A stretch of DNA of 64,000 nt from the human T2T-CHM13v2.0 reference genome, Homo sapiens. The DNA lies in assembly GCF_009914755.1 (NCBI RefSeq), contig NC_060933.1; one strand, written 5' to 3'. Both the position numbers and the translations under genes were made by a program. Numbering within the stretch: the first letter of the stretch is position 1; each line of letters opens with the position of its first letter. Of this stretch, positions 1 to 15,653 are shown one piece after another. The notes beneath the pieces are model-generated. The model saw only the letters and a list, made by a program, of their open reading frames with translations. It was not told where the DNA came from and searched no databases.

Positions 1-242
1 GGCATTTGGAAATCAGCACTACTGTATCAATTTTACCTCCAACTGCTAGATAAGAAATTTAAGTAGATAAAACAGAAACTCTGCTAAAAACCATCTTCCC
101 ACCAGAACCATTGAGGCAGCATAAATAGCCCTTTCCACTCCTCTGCAGAGTAGAGACCAGGAGCATCTGTAGTCCTCTGTATCAGAATAGACTACAGTAT
201 AGTTTCACATCAAGCAAAACTGGTCAGTATTTCTTTGAAACA

Positions 243-428
243 TAGAGCCCAGGTGGGCAACAAGATAAGAAAGAAGGTAAAGCCACTGAAGCCATGGACC
301 CTGGACCAAATGTGAGGTCTGACAGATAATCTAGAGCCCAGGTGGGCAACAAGATAAGAAAGAAGGTAAAGCCACTGAAGCCATGGACCCTGGACCAAAT
401 GTGAGGTCTGACAGATAATCTGGAGCCC
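243..428. repeat. Perfect 89-bp tandem duplication (243-331 = 332-420) plus an 8-bp partial third copy
   Basis: The two units TAGAGCCCAGGTGGG...GACAGATAATC are identical base by base and are followed by TGGAGCCC. Confidence 0.95.
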
Positions 429-627
429 TAAGACCTGCTGTGGTCAATGAGAAAGCATAGACTTCCAGGCCTCAGAAAGCATACCACAGTGGATGCATAT
501 AGCTTCATGCCTAATTAGAGAGGACTTAAAAGATGATGCTAACTTTGTGCCGGTAATAGTGTCACTGTGGTTAGGTATGGGGTTAGGTATGTAATTAAGC
601 ACAGTCTTTCTGGAAAGCATTTGACCA

Positions 628-682
628 TGTATATATATGAGTGTGTGTGTACATATATATGTGTGTGTGTACATATATATGT
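628..682. repeat. (TA)/(TG) compound microsatellite
   Basis: TGTATATATATGAGTGTGTGTGTACATATATATGTGTGTGTGTACATATATATGT. Confidence 0.85.
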
Positions 683-699
683 CATAATTATTAAATAAG

Positions 700-1330
700 T
701 GTATTATCTTTGATCCTACTTCTAGAAATCTTTCCTGAGGAAATAACTAGAGAGCTAGAGTAAGATTTCTCTGTGTGATATGCGTCATGGGGTTATTTTA
801 AATACATTAGTAAATAAATTGTCCAATAAATCTTATATTCATTTAATGGACTATCAGGCAATGTTGAGAATCATGGTTTTATAGAATATTTATCAACATT
901 ACAAAGTTCTCATGATTTGATATTTGATGAAAAGGATAGGATACAAAATCTGCTCTATAAATTTTCCAGTCACAGATTTTCATGGATAGAAACTAAGTCT
1001 CACAACAGAGCAGAAATGGGTCAATTCTTCTCAACAAAAACAGATATTGTGCTAAGTTTAAAGTCACTATGGACTTTTGCACAAATGGATCTACATTTCA
1101 GAACCCAGTCTATTGGTAATTTGAAGTATTTCTATATAAAAGTTTTGATGTATTTCTATATTTATACATAATATAAATATCTATGTTGGTACATATATGA
1201 GAGAAAAGGCATCAAACATATCTACCAGTGGTAGAATTATGAATAATTTTTATTTTCTTCATATTTTTATAAATTTCTAAATTTCCTACAATGAACATTT
1301 ATAATTTTATGTTTAGAAGAAAATAAACTC
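700..1330 (+). mobile_element. Highly decayed old L1 (L1ME-like) 3' fragment
   Basis: AT-rich sequence with L1ME 3'UTR-like motifs (CTTCTAGAAATCTTTCCTGAGGAAATAA; TTTCCTACAATGAACAT). Boundaries are approximate. Confidence 0.5.
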
Positions 1331-1659
1331 TATAAAGACAGCAGAGGAACATTTCACTGTGTACAAAGAGGCACACAGGAAGGGAGGCTCCATAATTATG
1401 TGGCAAATGGAAATAACCTTACTTGAGTAATAATGCAGTACACCAAGTGAAAAGGTTTTTTTTTGGACCAATCATACAAATTCCTTTTCTTCCTAAGGTT
1501 CAAGTGCGAGATACATTTGCAGGTATGAACACACTGATCCTTTAGTCAGATTACTTCCTTCCATTCAGTTGCTGCCTTATACTTTAATCTGTAAGTCAGC
1601 AGCAGTATCATCACTGTTAACAGGGACAGTCCTTCATCTGGGTTTTGAGTTTCTCATTT

Positions 1660-1815
1660 GTCCTGGTAGCTAGGCTTTGTGCAAAATACATTATTTGGAT
1701 TATCTCATAATTTCCAAAAATGACCTATTGTTACACTACCTTACAGACAAGGAAATTAAGACCTAGAGAGATTAAGTGACTTTCCCAAATTAGGCAGCAA
1801 TGGAATGGCAGATTC
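1660..1815 (-). mobile_element. MIR SINE
   Basis: TTACAGACAAGGAAATTAAGACCTAGAGAGATTAAGTGACTTTCCCAA matches the reverse complement of the MIR core. Confidence 0.7.
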
Positions 1816-2999
1816 TTCAACTTTCCAACTTTTGGTATACTAGAAAATACTGACAATTTAGGAAGAAACAAGTTGTACTGTAATATGTAGAATAACTGAC
1901 CACCCAAAGATGATAATTCAGTATTTATTTATTATTTATTTCTGATCTTCCCATGAGAGGCAGAGGTAATTCAGTACTTATTTAAAAGATAGAAAAAATG
2001 AATATGAGTCCCTTTGACAGACCCACCTGGAGCTTTGGAATTACTTGATACCATTCACCAAGAAGTGGTCAGACCATTTGAGTTTTGTGTGCAGCTGTTG
2101 ATGAAGTCAGATAGACTGGTTAATCAATGGAGAATTTGCAGGGCATTCTTTTTCTTCCCATTATTGGCTAGTCATAAACTCTGTACTTGGTTGAAAGGCA
2201 CAACAGAACCAAATGATGAACAAGAAGGGATAACTTCGTAAAGGAATGAAAGCAGAATTTTAAGAAACTGCTGATGCTTAGGAAATAAAAGGGGCTGATA
2301 ATGGCAATTAATGATTGTGAAATCTGGGCCTCATTGCTGTGAGTCTTAAAATCAGTTCTAAAACAGAAGAAGATTAAAATACATATTGATCTGCTGATAG
2401 GCAAAAGGTAAAGTTTAAAAGTAAAGAATTGACCAATATGTATTACGTTGATTAAACCCTTCTCTGCGATGTGAATAAACACAAGCTGATAACTAGTGTC
2501 TGTGAGTTCCTGAATTGATTCTTCATTGAGTATACTTCAAAGATGCAGGACCATGTCTGTCTGCAATCACCTTTAGAAAGGCTGTCTTGCTGCAGAGGGA
2601 TGCCATAAGACACTTAAAGTTCTCTTTCCAGCTGATCCCCGAACTTACTTTACTAATGCAGCGGGTGTAACAGCAACAGGCTTTGAAGTGCAAAGCCTTC
2701 CTTCAGTTATGCGCTCATTAAAAACTAACATGCTCTCGTAAAAATCCAAGAATTGTAATGGGAAAGATTTTATACGAAGAGGGCAACAAAACCCCAGATT
2801 GCCCTAGATCCTTGTCCTTTCACTTGTTTGCCTGGCACCTGCTGGAGATGCAGACCAACTTACTGAACTTTAGACATGGCACTCTGTAAAAGTAACTAGG
2901 ACCTTGGAGAACTTTCCTGCTGACTTACTCTTAGATGACTATTTCCATTCTGTTGTTTATGTCATTTGCTTGTTCATATATGGTCATTAACACAGGTTC

Positions 3000-3898
3000 T
3001 ATAAGGATTCTAAGAGACTGAGAAATGTAGTAATTAAGTAAAGTAGTAATAGAAATATTATGAGAATTTAAGGTGTAACATTTCAAATCAGTGGGGAAAG
3101 ATGTATCCTTTAATACATGGCATTAGAATTACTTGCATTTGTCCAGGAAAAAAAACCTACATTGTTTATGCTGAAATAAACTCCAGAAAATAAAATATTT
3201 AAATACTTAAAAATGAGAACTATGAATGTACTAGAAATATACATAGGTGATTTGTTTTTCATAATATTGGCATAGAGAAAGGCATTTCTAGGCAAGACTC
3301 CACACCTAAAATCTGTAACAGAAAATATTGAAAAAAATTTACTATACACAAATTTCAAACTTTTATACAGAAAACACCACTAGCAAATGTCAAAAGATGA
3401 TGAACAAAGTAGAGAAAAAATTTGTAACACACATATAAGAAAATGAACTAATTTCTTTAGCATTTAAAGAACTCCTAAAAATTGGAGGAGGGTGAGGATT
3501 GAAAAACTACCTATTGGGTATTATGCTGATTACCTGGGTGACAAAATCATCCGTATACCAAACCCTCATGACACAACTTACCCATGTAATGAACCTGCAC
3601 ATGTACCCCTTGAACCTAAAATAAAAGTTGGAAAGAAAAAGCAACAATATTGTAACAAATGTAAAAAAAAAAGCATGAAAAAGATAAACATTTTAATTTA
3701 AAAATGGACAGAGATTTGAAACATCAGTTCCCAGAAAAATTCATACAAGATTGACTGTAGCCTTGTTGGCAGTAGCCAAATCCTGAAGATAAATGTTCTT
3801 CAATGGCATGACTTGTTAACTAAACTATGATAACAGCTGTTAAAGGAGTGAGATGGAGTTACATATATTGACATGAAAAGTTGTTCATATTTCCAAAA
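3000..3898 (+). mobile_element. Old L1M(E) 3' region; continues after Tigger4 at about 12815-13015
   Basis: Decayed ORF2-end and 3'UTR motifs. The 3'UTR (GACATGAAAAGTTGTTCATAT... / ...TTAAGTTAAAAA...GCAGGTTGTATAACAATG) resumes after the Tigger4 element. Confidence 0.55.
3484..3640 (+). mobile_element. L1PA15/16-like 3' end
   Basis: GGAGGGTGAGGATTGAAAAACTACCTATTGGGTA...CCTGCACATGTACCCCTTGAACCTAAAATAAAAGTT followed by an A-rich tail. Confidence 0.8.
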
Positions 3899-4636
3899 TA
3901 CAGGTTGAGTATCCCTTATCCAAAGTGCTGGGGATGAGAAGTGTTTTAGATTTGGGATTTTTTTTCACATTTTGGAATATTTGCATATACATAATGAGAT
4001 ATCTTGGGGATGGGACCCAAGTCTAAACACAAAATTCATTTATGTTTCATATATACCTTATACACACGGCCTGAAAGGAATTGTATACAAAATTCTTAAT
4101 AACTTTGTGCATGAAACAGTTTGTGTACACTGAACCATTGGGAAAAAAGGGTGTCACTATCTCAGCCACCCTTGTGGACAATCTGTGGTTGTTTGGTATA
4201 ACCTTCATTCCTGACTCTGAATTTATATGCCAGCAGTAAACAATCCTTTTGTTATACTTATTCACACATCAGTACTTAACAATAAAAATATAACATACCA
4301 TTAATACAGTGAAAAAAATTGTGTTCAGGGTAACTAAGCAGTACAGTAGCATCACCAGGATACTGTCTCAGCTGTTAAACTACAGCAACAACTAACAAAT
4401 GGCAGGCTTTCAGTCACCACCTATGAAGCTATGATGCTGTGTTTTGATTAAAAGGCTACTGTACACTGTATTTTGTTTTTTTAGATTAGAAGAAACATCA
4501 GAAACCCTTGAGGGACCAGGAAGTGAGTCCTCAAGGGATGACTAGCCATTATGCTGCACGGCTTTTTAAAATATTTCCTCCAGAATCATTTGTCTCATTA
4601 TTAACAGTTTTGGTCTTAGAAGTTTCTGTTTCATTT

Positions 4637-5670
4637 GGAAAAGGCAGTTCCAAGATGGCCGAATAGGAACAGCTCCAGTCTACAGTTCCCAGTTTGAGTG
4701 ACGCAGAAGACGGGTGATTTCTCCATTTCCAACTGAGGTACCAGGTTCATCTCACTGGGGCTTGTCGGACAGTGGGGGTAGGACAGTGGGTGCAGCACAC
4801 CCACCGAGCATGAGCCAACGCAGGGCGAGGCATCGCCTCACCCAGGAAGCACAAGGGCTCAGGGAATTCCCTTTCCTAGCCAAGGGAAGCTGTGACAGAT
4901 GGCACGTGGAAAATCGGGTCACTCCCACCCTAATACTGCACTTTTCCAATGGTCTTAGCAAACAGCACACTAGGAGATTATATCCCGCGCCTGGCTCAGA
5001 GGGTCCCAAGCCCATGGAGCCTCACTCATTGCTAGCACAGCAGTCTGAGATCGAAGTGCAAAGCGGCAGCAGTGCTGGGGGAGGGGTGCCTGCCATTGCT
5101 GAGGCTCGAGTAGGTAAACAAAGCGGCCAGGAAGCTCGAACTGGGTGGATCCCACCGCGGCTCAAGGAGGTCTGCCTGCCTCTGTAGACTCCACCTCTGG
5201 GGGCAGGGCATAGATGAACAAAAGGCAGCAGAAACCTCTGCAGACTTAAATGTCCCTGTCTGACAGTTTTGAAGAGAGTAGTGGTTCTCCCAGCATGGAG
5301 TTTGAGATCTGAGAATGGACAGACTGCCTCCTCAAGTGGGTCGCTGACCCCCGAATAGCCTAACTGGGAGGCATCCCCCAGTAGGGGCAGACTGACACAC
5401 CACACGGCAGGGTACTGCTCTGAGACGAAGCTTCCAGAGGAACAATCAGGCAGCAACATTTACTGTCAGCAATACTCACTATTCTGCAGCCTCTGCTGCT
5501 GATACCCAGGCAAACAGGATCTGGAGTGGACCTCCAGCAAACTCCAACAGACCTGCAGCTGAGGGTCCTGACTGTTAGAAGGAAAACTAACAAACAGAAA
5601 GGACATCCACACCAAAACCACATCTGTACGTCACCATCATCAAAGACCAAAGGTAGGTAAACCCTCAAAG
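4637..5670 (+). promoter_or_regulatory. L1 5'UTR internal promoter (YY1 site AAGATGGCC), retaining the ~129-bp segment absent from younger L1s
   Basis: CAAGATGGCCG at 4651. The segment at about 5416-5544 (CTCTGAGACGAAGC...CTCCAGCAA) lies where L1HS reads straight through to CCAACAGACCTGCAG. Confidence 0.75.
4850..5096 (-). pseudogene. L1 antisense ORF0 remnant with a premature stop
   Basis: MAGTPPPALLPLCTSISDCCASNE* starts at ATG 5096, and the same frame continues GPSEPGAGYNLLV...IRVGVTRFS, matching primate L1 ORF0. Confidence 0.7.
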
Positions 5671-6685
5671 ATGGGGAAAAAACAGAGCAGAAAAGCCGAA
5701 AATTCTAAAAATCCGAGGGCCTCTCCCCCTCCAAAGGAACGCAGCTCCTTGCCAGCAACAGAACAAAACTGGATGGAGAATGACTTTGACGAGTTGAGAG
5801 AAGAAGGTTTCAGATGATCAAACTTCTCCGAGCTAAAGGAGGAAGTTGGAACCCATCTCAAAGAAGCTAAAAACCTTGAAAAAAAGATTAGACAAATGGC
5901 TAACTAGAATAACCAGTGTAGAGAAGTCCTTAAATGACCTGATGGAGCTGAAAACCCTGGCACGAGAACTAGGTGACAAATGCACAAGCTTCAGTAGCTG
6001 ATTCTATCAACTGGAGGAAAGGGTATCAGTGATTGAAGATCAAATGAATGAAATGAAGTGAGAAGAGAAGTTTAGAGAAAAAAGAGTAAAAAGAAATGAG
6101 CAAAGCCTCCAAGAAATATGGGACTATGTGAAAAGACCATATCTATGTCTGATTGGTGTACTTGAAAGTGACAGGGAGAAAGGAACCAAGTTGGAAAACA
6201 CTCTGCAGGATATTATCCAGGAGAACTTCCCCAACCTAGCAAGGCAGGCCAACATTCAAATTCAGGAAATACAGAGAACACCACAAAGATACTCCTCAAG
6301 AAGAGCAACTCCAAGACACATAATTGTCAGATTCACCAAAGTTGAAATGAAGGAAAAAATGTTAAGGGCAGCCAGAGAGAAAGGTCGGGTTACCCACAAA
6401 GGGAAGCCCATCAGACTGACAGCAGATCTCTTGGCAGAAACTCTACAAGCCAGAAGAGAAGTGGGGGCCAATATTCAACATTCTTAAAAGAATTTTCAAC
6501 CCAGAATTTCATATCCAGCCAAACTAAGCTTCATAAGCGAAGGAGAAATAAAATCCTTAACAGACAAGCAAATGCTGAGAGATTTTGTCACCATCAAGCC
6601 TGCCTTACAAGAGTTCCTGAAGGAAGCACTAAACATGGAAAGGAACAACCAGTACCAGCCACTGCAAAAACATGCCAAATTGTAA
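5671..6685 (+). pseudogene. L1 ORF1p (RNA-binding chaperone), disrupted
   Basis: ATGGGGAAAAAACAG start and CATGCCAAATTGTAA end. The surviving frame 6128-6487 has IIQENFPNLARQANIQIQEIQRTP...RHIIVRF. Internal stops and frameshifts are present. Confidence 0.93.
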
Positions 6686-6733
6686 AGACCATCGATGCTA
6701 GGAAGAAACTGCAACAACTAACGAGCAAAATGA

Positions 6734-10582
<3,849 letters not shown>

Positions 10583-10809
10583 ACAATGAGAACACTTGGA
10601 CACAGGAAGGGGAACATCACACACCAGGCCTGTCATGGGGTGGAGGGAGCAGGGAGGGATAGCATTTGGAGATATACCTAATGTAAATGACGAGTTAATG
10701 GGTGCAACATGCCAACATGGCACACGTATACATATGTAACAAACCTGCACATTGTGCACATGTACCCTAGAACTTAAAGTATATATAAAAAAAAGTTTCT
10801 CTTAGATTT

Positions 10810-12400
10810 TATAAATGGACACAATTTCTTGTTCTGTTAAGAATTCACACTGCTCTAGTCCTTCAGTAAGCCCATTGCACATTTCACCATGTTGTCTATA
10901 GGTACATTGTCTGCAGTGTTAACAACATCATCTCAGTCATCACTATTCTTACAATCACCTTGATTCTGAACTATTTTGGCTATTTCACCATCAGTCAATG
11001 AATGAACAACTGGAGCCTCATTATCTATTTTAGAAACTTCTTTGATATCCACTTCTTCCAGCATACTGATGGACTCTGATGGAATATTTTTTGCATATGT
11101 AAGGAGGTCAGACATAATTTTTCTCCTTCAAAGTGGACTCCTTCAAAGTGACCACCTTATGTATCATCATCACTGAATATAATTACAGGCCAGAGGTTGT
11201 GCCAGGCATGCCCAGCTGTGTTTTTAGTTGCTGTATTCCAAGCATTGGCAACAGAATATATGGCATCCTTCATGCTAAACTCCTTTTGAAAACCCACACC
11301 CACGCCTCTGTTCATTGCTGCTAGCATGCTATTCAAGAAAAAGTTTTTATATTTACTCTCAATTGTTCTAAGTCTACCCTAGGCACATGGTTGAATTAAT
11401 GAAGTAACATTTGGGGGAAAGTACCTGCCATAACAGGATTAATGAGAATTTCAGCTGGCCAAGAACAGAACAATTGTCAAGAAATAACAAAGGCTTGTAA
11501 TCTTCCTCCAGTCCAGTCTCCTTACAGGGAGTGCCAGCTACTGGTACAAAATGTTTGTGAAACCAGTTGTGAAAGATGTCCCTGGTGATCCATGTATTTT
11601 TGTTAGCGTAATAATGGACTGGTGAGAAATTCACTCCTTGAAAACAGCAAGGACACAAGCTTTTGCCTATCACAGCAAGTTTACACTTAGGTGTGCCTGC
11701 TGCATTAGCACATCTCAGCACAGTTATTCTACCCTTGGAATCCTTAATTTCTGTAGGAGCTCTCATCAGCTGTCATCAGTGTTTTTCTGGGGCAATAATA
11801 CCTAAACAGTGATGTTTAATCAGCACTATAGACTTGTTCTGGTATCAGATTTTAATCAGTGATGACCTTGACAAACTCATCAATGAATTTATTTGTTGCT
11901 TCATGATCAGCAGATGCTTTAGCACTACAAATCTTTAAAAACTTAACACTGTGTGTTTTCTTAAATGTCTGCAACCGGTCTGTTGAATATTCAGTTTCCT
12001 TCAGTTTTCAGTTCATCATGATCTTTGCTTGTTTCATTATCAACATACCATTAATTGTCATATATTCACTGCTATGGGGTAGATCCACTCTTTCAATACA
12101 CAATCCAGATCTTCATGTATAGCTTTGTGCAGTGTTTTTCCATTTTTCGTTAACTTCTGTTTATCACTTTCAGCATAAAACCCCAGTAGTTTATTCTTCT
12201 GTTTCTTCAGGTCCTATACAGTGGTCATTCCAACACCGTGCTCTTCTGTAAGATGTTTCACACTTACACTGCTGTCCAGTTTCTCCAACAATTGACTTTC
12301 TGTGCTATAGGTAAACATAAATGATTCCTCTTTTTCTTATTACTTTTCTCTTTTTCTTTTCACTGTTACTCTTCGGGGTATCTGCAGGCCTTTTTGACAT
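10810..12400 (-). pseudogene. Tigger4 pogo/CENP-B/Jerky-like DDE transposase remnant with frameshifts and stops; C-terminal end lies on the other side of the L1 (about 4430-4630)
   Basis: Start MSKRPADTP...KKKRK at ATG 12400. DDE segment RITVLRCANAAG..KCKLAVIGKS...PVHYYANKNTWITRDIF..WF.KHFVP...LLFLDNCS in ORF 11374-11766. C-terminal fragment at 10933-11115. Confidence 0.85.
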
Positions 12401-13199
12401 TTTGAACAGTTTACACCACAGAGCAGAGAATAAGCAGGAAAACACAGGGAGTAATGCACATAGGTCTTGGCCCCATGTGGGACATCGTGGGGAACCTGCT
12501 GTTGGTGCGCCTGGCCGGCACACCTGCCATTTTATTACTTTTTATGGGCAGGCTTGCATGGGGGAATCTGGGCATGCACAGAAAATATATATGGCAGCTG
12601 AATGGGGCTAGGAGGCTCTTTTTTTTTTTTTTTTTTTTTTTGCGGGGGGCGGACATTGGAATAAACTGTGTATTGTGCACCTGTGTTTTGACTGAAACCC
12701 ATCACATGAGGTCGGGTGTGGAATTTTCGACTTGTGGCATCATGTCGGCACTCAAAATGTTTTGGATTTTGGAGTATTTAAATTTTTGAATTTTGGATTA
12801 GGAATGCTCAACTAAAATAGTTTTAAGTTAAAAATACCCAGCAGGTTGTATAACAATGTTTAGTATAATCTCATTTATCTATGGACATGTATGTCAATCT
12901 GGAAGGATATACAAGTATTATTATTAGCTCTGAGAATTAGTACTGAAGTATAAAAGGATAATTTTAGTTTTGTACTGTTTGGATTCTACAGTGTATTATT
13001 TTTATAATTATTTAAAATATTACATAAATGAATATGAAGACAAATTGAGGTAAAGGCTCAAACCAGCTAATGAATATGGCACATAAGAACAGATACATCA
13101 TGCATTAAGAAAGAATAATGAACAGGGCTTTGTCCTGTATTGGTAGGTAGTGGGTGGATTGGTCATTGTGTCCTGGACCTCATACTCTTTTATGATTTG

Positions 13200-13689
13200 T
13201 GTCAGTTGGGGTCATTTGGGAAAGACACTAAAACAGAGTTAGGAGTGATTAAAAGATATTTATTGAAGAGGAGTGCCTGTGAAAGATAAAGGGGAAGAAA
13301 GGAGGATTGGGGAGGAAAAGCCTTCAGACCATGTGCTGATCTGACATTTACAAAAGTCTTCCTTCCTGTCCATTCCAAGAAGGAGTGGACAGAGAGAGAG
13401 ACTCAAACCACAGTGCAGATAAGGTAAAGCCAAACCAACATGGAGCTCTAGAGCAAAGACTGCGTCTTAGAGAAGTCCTGTTTGGGGCAGAAATGGCCAG
13501 ACTCTCGTACCCCTACCATGCTCAGCAGTTGGCTGGGGACTGCCCAGAGGAGCATGGCCCCAGCTCCTACACTTTGTAGATCCCAAAGTTGCTGCAGCTA
13601 TAGGCTGTGAGTTAACGGCACTTTTTGCAGCTAAAAAATAAGTTTTTTGTTGAAGGGAGTTCAGAGTGGACCACCTGCTTGGCTGCCAG
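13200..13689 (-). mobile_element. ERVL-class 3' LTR (LTR33/40/41/52-like)
   Basis: TGTCAGTTGGGGTC...TTTATTG...GGAGCTCTAGAGCAAAG pattern. The minus-strand start TCTGGCAGCC...CTCCCTTCAA resembles the LTR at 44848 and abuts ERVL internal sequence. Confidence 0.65.
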
Positions 13690-14900
13690 AGTCCAGATCC
13701 ACTTCTCTATACAGTTTCAGGGAATAGCCCTTCCAGGATTCTACTGGGCCTTTCTTTCTGAGGGAAAATTTACCAGAGGGAGTTTAGGGAGACAAACTAC
13801 AGCCCCTGTTGCTGTATTTGATCTAAGTGCTATAAATGATACTCACTCTTCTCCACTATCCATTTAAAATTCCCTTGCCCTCAGCTGTCACCTCTGCTGG
13901 TCTCAGGGAATTACCTGGTGGCAGTACCCCAATCCTCATTTCTGAGGGATTTGAGTCCCTGATGGCATACCCTTCTCAGGCCCTTGTTTATTCACTGTCA
14001 GAACTTGGCAAGGAGGTACCAGGGTGTGCCCAAGTGGATCACCCAGGTTTAACACGTATCCTTCCCTTGCATATTTACCCCACAGTGGAACAGAATCTCT
14101 ACCTCCCTCTGATGATCAGCATCAATTACCCCTGCCAAGATGGTGACTCTTCTTGCCTGCTGGAGCCTGGACACAAGGAATTCAAAGTGCTCCCATGGTA
14201 GCTGTAGCTTGTACTTCCATAGGATCCTTATCATGTCTGTTGATAAGAGTGTGCCCCCTTTGAAGACCAATACCTCCAAGACTTCAGAGCCCTGAGTTGT
14301 GGGAATGGGATACACCAAGTCCCCCAGAGAGATCAGAATGATGACAAATGGAGCCACCCCTGCTTCATCCTCGGTTCCCAGACCCATGTGTTCTCTGTTT
14401 TTGTGAAATGGTGCCATACAGAGCTGTCTAATTCAGTATATACTGCATCCTGGAGTACGGTGCCTCATCTTTGCAGAGTATTTCCTCTCAGCTCAGTCTT
14501 CAGTAGGTCATTCTGTCACTCTGTTAGGCTGACTTCTTCTGGGTTGTTCAAAATGAGATATGATCAGTGGATCCCACCTCTCCTTCACTGGGAAGTGGAT
14601 CTCCTAGTCAGATGCTATGTAGTTCCAAGTCTGTGGATCAGGCATTTCATAAGCCCCCAGATAGTGATGTGTGGCTGAAGCTTTGGGGAGGAAAGGCGAG
14701 TCCATACTCAGATTGTCTATTCCTTTGAGACTAAACTATTAGTCTTTCCAGGATAGCAGAGGATCAATATAGTCGATTTGTCATCAAATAGCCAATTGGT
14801 CTTTCACTGTTAGTTTCTGTTGCTGATAGGTTGGACCTTCAGAAGCAGTAGTAACTAGATCAGGCTTGGCAAGTGGTAGTTCACCCTGCTACCCAGGATT
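13690..14900 (-). mobile_element. ERVL internal fragment (ERV3-16A3/HERV16-like): integrase end plus dUTPase remnant
   Basis: ORF 14049-14417 contains LEVLVFKGGTL...KLQLP.EHF..L...QQARRVTILAGVIDADHQREVEILFH, matching the ERV-L dUTPase that lies downstream of integrase. Confidence 0.75.
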
Positions 14901-15229
14901 GTCCTTCCTGGAAGGTTTATTCATGCCCTTCTGAAAAAAATTATGTGACTAAATGACTTGCATTCATTAAATGCAGAAACTTTAAAGGCAATGGAGGAGA
15001 ACTCCCTTCCCTCTTTGAAAATTTGAAGAGAGGGACAGTTCTTGCCCCTACTCCTCAGCAAAACTCTTCCTCTATCAGAACAGGAAAGATGGGTCTGTAC
15101 TGTAGCAACTTGAATTTCTCATTCCCCAAAGCTACATGTGAAAAAGAGACAACTTTTTCTGAAAAAATCTAAATTTTATTTTGACACTCTATTTCAACAT
15201 GAGTGCTAAATGTAACCTCTATCATTCAG

Positions 15230-15409
<180 letters not shown>

Positions 15410-15420
<11 letters not shown>

Positions 15421-15653
15421 AAAAGAGGAAGAAAGATAGAAAGAAAAGAAAGAAAGAGAGAAAGAGAAAGAAAGAAAGAAAGGAGGGAGGGAGGGAAGGA
15501 AGGAAGGAAAAAGAAAGAAAAGAAAAGAAGGAGGGAGGAAGGAAGGAAGGAAGGGTGAGCAAGCAGGGAGGGAGGGAGGAAGGAAAGAAGGAAGGAAGGA
15601 AAGAAAGAAAGCAAACAGGGAGGGAGGGAGGGAGAGAGGTGAAAGAAAGAAAA
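15410..15653. repeat. GA-rich low-complexity homopurine tract (GAAA/GGAA/GGGA) grown from the Alu tail
   Basis: About 240 bp that is almost entirely purine. Confidence 0.9.

Noticed and set aside
11374-11766. Domesticated TIGD/JRK-like gene
   Set aside because: The sequence is flanked by TIRs, broken by stops and frameshifts, and split by an L1, so it is a dead transposon copy.
12618-12641. PolyT run inside Tigger4 as a separate retro-insertion
   Set aside because: No TSD or attached body is visible, so simple homopolymer expansion is more likely.
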